Below, piece by piece: positions 8,847-15,325 of a DNA stretch of 32,000 nt (position 1 is the stretch's first letter; every line of letters begins with the position of its first letter). The notes beneath the pieces were generated by a model. The model worked only from the letters and a program-made list of their open reading frames with translations, ran no database searches and had not been told where the DNA came from. Origin of the DNA: an uncultured archaeon (GTDB taxonomy: Archaea > Iainarchaeota > Iainarchaeia > Iainarchaeales > DATDZZ01). Location of the stretch: assembly GCA_964373795.1 (NCBI GenBank), contig CAYJVY010000007.1, positions 1-32,000 on the forward strand. Direction: 5' to 3'. A program made the translations under genes and the position numbers.

Positions 8847-9920
8847 TTATTCCACCTCAGGATAGGCTCCTAGAACTTTAAGCATTTGAGAGTGTTCTGC
8901 TAATTCTTGTAAGGCTTTTTTAGTGTTTTGTTCTTCTGGATGGCCTTCAAAGTCTATGAAGAAAACATATTGCCAGTTAACTGATTTTGAAGGGCGAGAC
9001 TCTATTTTAGTCATGTTTAATCCATTTTTTCTCAAAATCCCTAATGCGTCATGCAAGCTTCCAGGTTTGTGTGGAACTGAGAAAACAATTGAAGTCTTAT
9101 CTTTTCCTGAAGCCTTATTCAAACCTTTTCCTATTACTAAAAACCTTGTTTTATTGGATGCAGAGTCTTCAATTCCTGAATCAATTACTTCTAATGCATA
9201 TTTTGTTGCAGCAAGGTTTGAAGCAATTGCTGCAGAAGAATGATATAGTGAAGCTGATTCAGCTGCCTTTGCAGTTGAAGGAACTTCAATTAATTCTGCT
9301 TTTGGAAAATTTTTTGATAAATATTTTTTGCATTGAGCTAATGCTTGTGGATGTGAATAAATTTTTTCAATTTCTTCTTTTGCATACTTTGATGCAAGGA
9401 AATGCTTTATTGTCATTGTAATTTCTGCAACTATTTGAAGCTCGGATTCAAGCAAGGTATCAAGAGTTGAAGTAACTGTTCCTTCACTTGAATTTTCTAT
9501 TGGCACTACTCCGTATTTAATGTTTTCTTTTCCAACTTCATTGAATATTTCTTGAATTGAGTCAAGTGCTTTGTATTCACATTCTGCTCCAAATTGTTTG
9601 ATTGCAGCTAAATGAGTGAAAGTTGTTTCCGGGCCTAAAAAACCAATCTTTAAAGGTTCTTCCAAGTTCCTGCAAGCAGAAATCATTTCTCTTACAATTA
9701 GTCTTAAACTTTTTTCTGGAAATCTTTCCTTGTTTTTTTGAATTAATTCATCCACTATTTCTTTTTCTCTTACTGGATCAAATACTTGTTTGCCTGCTTT
9801 TCTCTTCATTTCAGCTATTTCTTTAATTAGTTCTACTCTGTCATTCAATAAATCTAAAATTTTTTCATCCAATGAATTTATTTTTTTTCTTTGTGATTCA
9901 ATTTCTTTTTCTCCAGTCAT
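8847..9920 (-). CDS. pheA: Bifunctional chorismate mutase / prephenate dehydratase (P-protein)
   Basis: The protein has an N-terminal chorismate mutase helix (KKINSLDEKILDLLNDRVELIKEIAEMKRKAG), a dehydratase domain (IGFLGPETTFTH) and an ACT domain (TSIVFSVPHKPGSLHDALGIL..TKIESRP). I prefer the ATG at 9920, which has AGGAG 8 nt upstream, to the listed TTG at 9953. Confidence 0.85.
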   Translation of the reverse strand: MTGEKEIESQRKKINSLDEKILDLLNDRVELIKEIAEMKRKAGKQVFDPVREKEIVDELIQKNKERFPEKSLRLIVREMISACRNLEEPLKIGFLGPETTFTHLAAIKQFGAECEYKALDSIQEIFNEVGKENIKYGVVPIENSSEGTVTSTLDTLLESELQIVAEITMTIKHFLASKYAKEEIEKIYSHPQALAQCKKYLSKNFPKAELIEVPSTAKAAESASLYHSSAAIASNLAATKYALEVIDSGIEDSASNKTRFLVIGKGLNKASGKDKTSIVFSVPHKPGSLHDALGILRKNGLNMTKIESRPSKSVNWQYVFFIDFEGHPEEQNTKKALQELAEHSQMLKVLGAYPEVE

Positions 9921-9951
9921 AGCTATAACTCCTATTAAAATGAAAAAGCTC

Positions 9952-9965
9952 AAACTATTAAAAAG
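9952..9965 (-). promoter_or_regulatory. TATA-like box (minus strand CTTTTTAATAGTTT) upstream of pheA
   Basis: It matches the recurring TTTWAATAGTTT-type box and lies about 35-40 nt upstream of the ATG at 9920. Confidence 0.35.
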
Positions 9966-10053
9966 CTTGGCTTTTACTTAAAAAAATAGAAAAAACTTGC
10001 AAACCATTGTCTTACAGCATCAACTAATAAAATGAATTTATTCTTTTTCTGAG

Positions 10054-10072
10054 TTCTTGAAACATTCAAGAA
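10054..10072. promoter_or_regulatory. Perfect 8-bp inverted repeat TTCTTGAA-aca-TTCAAGAA
   Basis: Read directly from the sequence. It lies in the non-coding stretch between the GC-rich island and the pheA promoter. It could be a hairpin or a dimeric protein site. Confidence 0.3.
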
Positions 10073-10140
10073 AACCTGTTTAAGTTTTTTCGATGCCATA
10101 ATTAACAAATATTTAGTGTGCGTTATTATTTATATTCCTT

Positions 10141-10260
10141 TCTACGCCGTCATGTGCGGCGGGCACGAGGCATCCTGCGAGTACGAGGTATCCGGCTAGT
10201 GCAACCTCGTCTGGGCATAGCTTTTAAGGCGCGTGAACTTTTGTGGCAAGTGCGAGTTTA
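10141..10260. other. GC-rich non-coding island; candidate structured RNA or protein-binding repeat cluster, class unknown
   Basis: My hand count is 68 G+C in 120 nt, within an AT-rich background. Hairpins: CGCCG(10145-49)/CGGCG(10157-61) and ACGAGGT(10183-89)/ACCTCGT(10204-10). Direct repeats: ACGAGGYATCC at 10165 and 10183, and TGCGAGT at 10176 and 10251. No convincing ORF. Confidence 0.3.
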
Positions 10261-10270
10261 ATGTTTTAAT

Positions 10271-10651
10271 TCAAGCGACTCTTTTTGCTCTTTTGAATTT
10301 ACCGTCTTTGACAAAACCAAACATATTTCCGTTTAAATCATAGTAAACTTTTTCTACTCCATTTATTCCATTACTAGCACTGAATTTTACTTCTATTACC
10401 TCATTTAGTGTTGTTCCTTTTTCTGATTTAAGGCCTAATTTGGTTTTTCTAGTAGTTGCAACAATTCCTGTAGGCATTCTTACTTCCAATAGTCTTCCTT
10501 CTCTTAGGGATGAAACTCTTTTTACAAGTTCTCTAGGTAGTTGTCTTGAAATTCCTCCTAATCTAATTCTTTTACTCAAACCTTTTCTAGGAATTTCTCT
10601 AAGCGGTTGCCTTTTGGTTCTAAGATTTTTCATAACCGGTCTGTTACCCAT
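10271..10651 (-). CDS. Hypothetical basic protein (126 aa)
   Basis: A clean ORF with GGTGAT 3 nt upstream of the ATG. It has a Lys/Arg-rich N-terminal half and no family I recognise. Confidence 0.5.
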   Translation of the reverse strand: MGNRPVMKNLRTKRQPLREIPRKGLSKRIRLGGISRQLPRELVKRVSSLREGRLLEVRMPTGIVATTRKTKLGLKSEKGTTLNEVIEVKFSASNGINGVEKVYYDLNGNMFGFVKDGKFKRAKRVA

Positions 10652-10695
10652 GTAATCACCAATAAAATTACTGCACTGTTATTTTAATACTTTTT

Positions 10696-10709
10696 CTCAA
10701 AAGCCGAAG
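10696..10709 (+). repeat. 14-nt motif CTCAAAAGCCGAAG, copy A
   Basis: An exact copy recurs at 11482-11495. It lies in the divergent intergenic region, 76 nt upstream of the GTG at 10772. Confidence 0.5.
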
Positions 10710-10771
10710 GTTGAGATTGGTGTGCATAAATTCTTTAATACTGTTTGTTTTTCCAATTTTATGGAATTGTT

Positions 10772-11257
10772 GTGAGTTTTAGAATTATTTTAGACACAAG
10801 TGTTTATGATTATTTTTTGGAGAATGAAGAAGTCTACTTGTTATTGAAAGATAATCCAAAGTTTGTAATTTATGGCAACAAAATTGTTAGAGACGAATTA
10901 AGAGCAATCCCAAAAAGCGCCAAACATAAAGAGAAAAACCTCAGAAACTTGTTACTTAATATTTTTGATAAGCTGGTTAAAAGCCATTTATTGGAGTTGA
11001 CTGATTTAACTAATTCTCTTGCTTGGGATTATTTTAAAGAATACACTGGAAACATTTCAAGCAGTAAAATCTTTTCCGACTTCCTTATAATTGCAAATGC
11101 CTCATTGAATAATTTGGATATTGTTGTTTCAGAGGACAGGAAAACAATGTTGTCAAAAATATCAATAGATGCTTACAAAAAAGTAAACAAGAGAAATGGT
11201 TTAAGCACACCTAAATTTTACTCGATAAAAGAACTAGAGAAATTAAGCAAAACCTAG
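10772..11257 (+). CDS. PIN-domain protein (VapC-like)
   Basis: It has FRIILDTSVYDY near the N-terminus and DFLIIANASLNNLDIVVSEDRK later, which are PIN acidic-residue contexts. I prefer the GTG at 10772 to the listed TTG at 10745. Confidence 0.55.
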   Translation: MSFRIILDTSVYDYFLENEEVYLLLKDNPKFVIYGNKIVRDELRAIPKSAKHKEKNLRNLLLNIFDKLVKSHLLELTDLTNSLAWDYFKEYTGNISSSKIFSDFLIIANASLNNLDIVVSEDRKTMLSKISIDAYKKVNKRNGLSTPKFYSIKELEKLSKT

Positions 11258-11412
11258 ATTTCATCAATTTGTCCAGAGTGGTATTTAAACAATTTTCTTG
11301 CATATTTGATGAATTCAGGATCTTTACGAGCTTTTTGTAGTTCTCTAAGCAATTCTTCATCACTCATTTTTTTATAATCCTCTTCTTCAACAGTTTTTGT
11401 CTTACCAATCAT
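11254..11412 (-). CDS. Small ORF (52 aa), absent from the ORF track, convergent with the PIN gene
   Basis: My translation is MIGKTKTVEEEDYKKMSDEELLRELQKARKDPEFIKYARKLFKYHSGQIDEI. An AT-rich TATA-like stretch lies about 25-30 nt upstream of the ATG. Its stop overlaps the PIN stop (cTAG, 11254-11257). Confidence 0.3.
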   Translation of the reverse strand: MIGKTKTVEEEDYKKMSDEELLRELQKARKDPEFIKYARKLFKYHSGQIDEI

Positions 11413-11481
11413 AAAAAACCCTGCATTAATTGTTATACATATATTGTTTCACCAAAATAAAAACTTAATGCTCTCATTCCA

Positions 11482-11495
11482 CTCAAAAGCCGAAG
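11482..11495 (+). repeat. 14-nt motif CTCAAAAGCCGAAG, copy B
   Basis: An exact repeat of 10696-10709. It lies 75 nt upstream of the ATG at 11557, again in a divergent intergenic region. Confidence 0.5.
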
Positions 11496-11556
11496 ACTGA
11501 AGTCTTTGTACAACAAAAACTAAATAATTAAATTCCTTGAAAGATATTAGTATTAC

Positions 11557-11970
11557 ATGCCTAAGAAGAGTCCTTGGATTGGTATTGGCAGGTTTTTTGT
11601 TAATTCTTTAACTCGTAAACTTGGCAGTGCTAGAGCTAGAGTTTATAATGAATGGCTTGCTCAGTCAAGAAGTCGTAAAATTAGAAAGCATTTTGTTCAA
11701 GTTTTAAGAAGCAGGCAAATAATTCTTGACAAAGCACTGGAGGAGAAATTGCTTTCATTAACTATTGCATATTGTAAAGAGGTTACAAGGTTTGGTAGAG
11801 ACATTCCACACATGGGGGGTGTTGAAAACAGGGCAACAGTAGCAGAACATTTCAAGCATGCAAGAAAAGCTTATGAAATAGAGAACGATATTACAAGTAT
11901 TATTCCAAGAAGCAAATTTTACCCAGTAATGGATGAAATAGAAAAACTCATAAGTCAAAAGAAAAAGTAA
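11557..11970 (+). CDS. Hypothetical protein (137 aa)
   Basis: A clean ORF with a TATA-like AAATAATTAAATT about 25-30 nt upstream of the ATG. No recognisable family. Confidence 0.5.
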   Translation: MPKKSPWIGIGRFFVNSLTRKLGSARARVYNEWLAQSRSRKIRKHFVQVLRSRQIILDKALEEKLLSLTIAYCKEVTRFGRDIPHMGGVENRATVAEHFKHARKAYEIENDITSIIPRSKFYPVMDEIEKLISQKKK

Positions 11971-12059
11971 ATTAATGAATATTTTTTTTTAAATAAATTA
12001 TATTTAGATTCATGTATTTGGCTTTTCATATTTTAAACTCTTCTTTATTATACTTTAAC

Positions 12060-13025
12060 ATGAGTGAAGACTTTCAATCCAGAATTGGTTTTAAAGGAAA
12101 CATTGATATTGTTTTGAGAATTGTTTGCAAGGATTTTTCTTTAGGAGAATTTGTTTCAAGCAAAATTATTGAAGTAGGTTATGAAGATTTCAATCTTGTA
12201 ATGCAAACAAGTACTGGAAAGTATTTTGTGAAATTCTTTACTGCTTCTAGAAGCCTTTCAGAGTGCAAGCGATATATTCAAATAATGCAGAAGGCTTTGC
12301 AAGCAGGAGTGAAATTTCCAAAACTTTTTAAATCAAATCAAGGGTACTTGCATAAAATAAAAATTCAAGGACAGAATTTGAGGTTATGTATAATGGAGTT
12401 CGTTGATGGAGATAATTTTTTCAATTTAGGCCTCTCCGTGACGCCGAAAGAAGTAAAGTTTTTAGCTAGACAAGCAGCTTTGATTAATTCAATTGATTTG
12501 AAGCCGAGTTTTATTCTTGATGAATGGGCAATAGTGAATTTTGTCAAAGAATTCAAGGAAAAAGGAAAGTATCTTTCTGCTCCAGATTTTGCATTAGTAA
12601 AACCAGTTTTAGCAGAATACAACTCATTGGATATCAAAAAGCTTCCCTGGTGTTTTGTTCATGGAGACTTGCTTAAAACAAATTTAATGAAGGACAAGAA
12701 AGGAAAAGTTTGGATAATTGATTTTGCGGTTTCAAATTATTATCCTCGAATAGTTGAATTAGCAGTTCTTGCTGGTAATTTGCTTTTTGATGAGCACAAC
12801 AAAACCCATACAGAGAAAAATTTCAAAATTGCTTTGTCAGAGTACCAGAAAAGAATTCCATTAACTAAGGTAGAGCTTGAAGCCTTGCCAGTTTTCATAA
12901 AAACCCAGCATGCAATTCACATACTTCTTCCAAACTTTCACAAAAAAATAAAAAAGAACAATTCCAAAGAGAACCATTATTGGCTAGAACAAGGAAGATT
13001 AGGTTTGAGGCAAATGCTTGAGTGA
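12060..13025 (+). CDS. Aminoglycoside-phosphotransferase-fold (APH/choline-kinase/HSK-II-like) kinase
   Basis: FVHGDLLKTNLM (HGDxxxxN catalytic loop) and WIIDFAVS (DFG-equivalent) are present. I prefer the ATG at 12060 (MSEDFQS...) to the listed 12012. Confidence 0.7.
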   Translation: MSEDFQSRIGFKGNIDIVLRIVCKDFSLGEFVSSKIIEVGYEDFNLVMQTSTGKYFVKFFTASRSLSECKRYIQIMQKALQAGVKFPKLFKSNQGYLHKIKIQGQNLRLCIMEFVDGDNFFNLGLSVTPKEVKFLARQAALINSIDLKPSFILDEWAIVNFVKEFKEKGKYLSAPDFALVKPVLAEYNSLDIKKLPWCFVHGDLLKTNLMKDKKGKVWIIDFAVSNYYPRIVELAVLAGNLLFDEHNKTHTEKNFKIALSEYQKRIPLTKVELEALPVFIKTQHAIHILLPNFHKKIKKNNSKENHYWLEQGRLGLRQMLE

Positions 13026-13027
13026 AT

Positions 13028-13861
13028 TCATTTAAGTCTTTTCCTTTTTTCTTTTTCTGGTTCTGTTAAATAGTTTTCTTCTGATACAACTGGTTTGCCT
13101 ATTTTTTGTTCTGCTTCTTTGAGGGCGTTTCCTGCAACGTTGCTGCCTTCTTTGGCTGCTTGTTTGTTTTCAGGAAATCCTTGAGAATTTTTACTTCTAG
13201 TGATTTATGTTGTTACTTTTTCTCCAAGCATTGTGAAAATTAGCTCAAGATCGTTCATATGATCTCTTAAGTTTTCCTTTTGCAGGCCTTTATATTTTGT
13301 GTATTCTTCCACAGTTTTTCCAAATGCTGCCTTGCTTATCTCATTTGTAAGAATCCCATATTCAATTCCTTCCTTTACATTTCTTTTCTTCCATTCATCT
13401 GTTAGTTCTTGTCTTACAGCTATTCCTCTGACTCTTTTTTCAATCCATTCATTAGAGTAACCTTTTGCTTTGTAAATCTCTTTCATTCTGGTCTGTGCTA
13501 ATTCAGGGTTTTCAATTTCTTGCACTCTTTCATACCCTATTTTTGCCAGCCAAAGTTTGAATGGTTCAGCCTTTGGAGAAGGAATTGATTGAATGAGTCT
13601 AAATACTGTTTCAGTAGTGGCACAGTCTGTTTCGTAATACTTTCCGTCAGAAGCAAGTAATTTTAGTTGGTTACATTTTGTAACCACCTCACTACCTTCT
13701 TCCTTCAAACGATGCTTAAAAACTTTCCAGTAATTTCTTGAATCTTCACTCTCTGTAAGGATACCTACAATATCCACTACCGAAAACCACCACACATCTT
13801 TATGCCAAATTCTTCTAATGTTTTTTCCTTGAAATGCTACAAGTGCGCTTTCTGAATTCAT
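13028..13861 (-). pseudogene. BRO-N / phage-antirepressor-like (DinD-like C-terminal region) gene with an in-frame TAA
   Basis: The listed ORF (13205-13861) has the BRO-N pattern (FQGKNIRRIWHKDVWWFSVVDIVGIL) and IQSIPSPKAEPFKLWLAKIGYERVQE. After the TAA at 13205-13207 the same frame continues as ITRSKNSQGFPENKQAAKEGSNVAGNALKEAEQKIGKPVVSEENYL...*. As I remember the family, that is its normal C-terminus. Confidence 0.65.
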
Positions 13862-13935
13862 TCAAATCACTCCCACAAACAAATTGTCAAACCCTTATGT
13901 CCAAACTAATTCGTTTTCCAAGTTTAAAAAGATTA

Positions 13936-14460
13936 TTAAACCACTTTTCCGGTGAAATATTCTTTTATTGCTTCATCAATTAATTTAATGTTTTTTATTT
14001 TTTTGCTGTCTGGATTATTGGAGTAATCTTTTATCCATTTCATTGAGTCTTCAATTTTTTCTACAATTAAATCAGAAGTGTTTAATATGAATGGATGAAC
14101 CCAGTCCTTGATTAGTGCTCCGTTGAAGATAGTGTTTGTTTTTCTATGCAAAGTATTTTTTGGCAATACAGTTATTACTGGTTTTGAGAAATACTTTGCA
14201 ATAAGCATTTCTTGAGAACTTCCAACCTCAAGTTTTTCTTCAGCATTCACAACAATTATGTCTGATTTCTTTATCAAATTTGCATCGTGTCCAAAAAGTT
14301 CAACAGGCTTTGTTTCATCTCTCCAAGCATCTCCGTCAACAAATTCTATATTACCGATTTTTGAAAGCTCTTTCTTGTATTTAATTTTCCAATCTCTCCA
14401 ATTCTTTCTTTCTTCATCTCCTTTAGGAATTGATCCAATTAAACAAATCTTTAAAGTCAT
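13936..14460 (-). CDS. Nucleoside 2-deoxyribosyltransferase-like (Rossmannoid NDT/SLOG-like) protein
   Basis: The N-terminal KICLIGSI strand and DANLIKKSDIIVVNAEEKLEVGSSQEMLIAKYFSKPVITV match the NDT-family layout I remember. The match is fold-level only. Confidence 0.45.
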   Translation of the reverse strand: MTLKICLIGSIPKGDEERKNWRDWKIKYKKELSKIGNIEFVDGDAWRDETKPVELFGHDANLIKKSDIIVVNAEEKLEVGSSQEMLIAKYFSKPVITVLPKNTLHRKTNTIFNGALIKDWVHPFILNTSDLIVEKIEDSMKWIKDYSNNPDSKKIKNIKLIDEAIKEYFTGKVV

Positions 14461-14507
14461 AAAGTAGCCTTCCTCAACTTTTCAGCAAGCTATTTCAATT
14501 TCTGTAA

Positions 14508-14825
14508 TTATTTCTTTTTGGTGTTTAATTGTTTTATTTCGTTTTCCAGGTCATATATTGAATATTCAGATTTGAAGCCTTTACTTACAAGAAACTGTTG
14601 GAAATCCCAGATAGTTAAACCAGAATTTTTTGCGGCTTTGCTGAATGAAAGATTTCCAGCCACATAATCTTGTGCTGCTTTTTCCTTTATTTTTTCTTCA
14701 AAACCCTTTTCTACTAATTGTCTAATTACTGTTGATCTATCAGATTTTTCTGCTTCAGATAGTGTATCTATTTTTTCCAGAATTTCTTTGCTAAATCTTA
14801 CTCCTATGGCATTTGAGTCAGTCAT
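14508..14825 (-). CDS. RHH plus UPF0175-like antitoxin
   Basis: The N-terminal GVRFSKEILEKIDTLSEAEKSDRSTVIRQLVEKG is ribbon-helix-helix-like. The C-terminal AAQDYVAGNLSFSKAAKNSGLTIWDFQQFL resembles UPF0175. It has a 4-nt overlap with the upstream PIN-like gene. Confidence 0.55.
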   Translation of the reverse strand: MTDSNAIGVRFSKEILEKIDTLSEAEKSDRSTVIRQLVEKGFEEKIKEKAAQDYVAGNLSFSKAAKNSGLTIWDFQQFLVSKGFKSEYSIYDLENEIKQLNTKKK

Positions 14826-15325
14826 TTTCTCACCTCTAACAATATTGAATCCAATACTGTTGAATTAAACCATCCAATGCTTCTAAGCTTGTTTATTGAA
14901 TAAATTGTTTTGTCTTTATTTATGGCTCTTTTAGTAAATAGTTGAAGAATTATTGATGGAGTTCCAACAATATTTATTTCTAATATTTCTTTTTTTTTCC
15001 TGACATTATCATCATCAGTTGCGAGAAAATCGGCATTTTTTTGCCAATACAATGCAATGGATTCTGCTTCGCCATCAAATATGTTGAAATCGTTAGCTTT
15101 TTTGATTAAAGTTTTATTTTTTACCTCTTTTACTTTTATTAGTTTTCTTTTGACCAGTTTTTCTACTAAAAACGCATCGCTATACTTTTTTTCTTTTCCA
15201 ACATTTACGACTTCCTCAAACACTTTTTTTGGTATGAAAACTTTACCAAAAAAGTTACACGACTCTTCCAATAAGTTCGTCTTGCTCAAATGAATTAAAA
15301 CCATTGAATCTTTCACAATCAACAT
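14822..15325 (-). CDS. DUF3368/PIN-like nuclease-domain protein (putative toxin)
   Basis: IVKDSMVLIHLSK, FDGEAESIALY and LATDDDNVRKKKEILEINIVGTPSIILQL fit the COG2405/DUF3368 pattern. I prefer the ATG at 15325 because a TATA-like CTATTTATATT lies about 25 nt upstream. Confidence 0.55.
   Translation of the reverse strand: MLIVKDSMVLIHLSKTNLLEESCNFFGKVFIPKKVFEEVVNVGKEKKYSDAFLVEKLVKRKLIKVKEVKNKTLIKKANDFNIFDGEAESIALYWQKNADFLATDDDNVRKKKEILEINIVGTPSIILQLFTKRAINKDKTIYSINKLRSIGWFNSTVLDSILLEVRK

Noticed and set aside
8361-9920. A PheA-HIT fusion protein produced by read-through of the pheA TAA.
   Set aside because: PheA ends at its normal position after the ACT domain, and a strong GAGGTG site is placed correctly for independent initiation just after the stop. 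Read-through cannot be excluded, but nothing requires it.
9921-9953. Longer N-terminal extensions proposed by the ORF track: pheA from a TTG at 9953, the kinase from 12012, the ferredoxin from a TTG at 21531, the PIN gene from a TTG at 10745, the DUF3368 gene from 15343 and the DUF433 gene from 262.
   Set aside because: In each case a downstream ATG or GTG has a better SD or TATA-box spacing, and the extension encodes hydrophobic or low-complexity residues that are not part of the conserved family N-terminus.
10141-10260. GC-rich island 1 as a tRNA (possibly intron-containing or split), 5S rRNA, SRP RNA, RNase P RNA or C/D-box sRNA.
   Set aside because: There is no T-loop (GTTCRANYC) or D-loop pattern and no acceptor-stem pairing of the ends. 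The 5S CCGAAC/GGAAGTTAAGC-type core, the SRP GGAAGG.AGCAG motif, the RNase P GAGGAAAGTCC motif and RTGATGA/CTGA boxes were not found on either strand by eye. The class stays open pending a covariance-model search.
10118-10261. A 47-codon Arg-rich plus-strand ORF (GTG start) running through GC-rich island 1.
   Set aside because: Its composition (VRRARGILRVRGIRL...) is what a GC-rich stretch yields in any open frame. It has no SD or TATA spacing and no recognisable family, so it is more likely non-coding.
11507-11512. TGTACA hexamers at 11507-11512 and 4198-4203, considered as TrpY-type TRP boxes.
   Set aside because: They are single palindromic hexamers, not located in the trpE upstream region, and no TGTACA occurs between trpE and the ferredoxin gene. 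Chance occurrence is likely.
13205-13207. TAA reassigned as a sense codon, prompted by the in-frame TAA in the BRO-N gene and the in-frame pheA-HIT junction.
   Set aside because: TAA ends several conserved genes at the expected C-terminal positions, including pheA, the TadC-like gene and the P-type ATPase. TGA and TAG also act as stops at expected ends. A standard code with a nonsense mutation is the simpler explanation.
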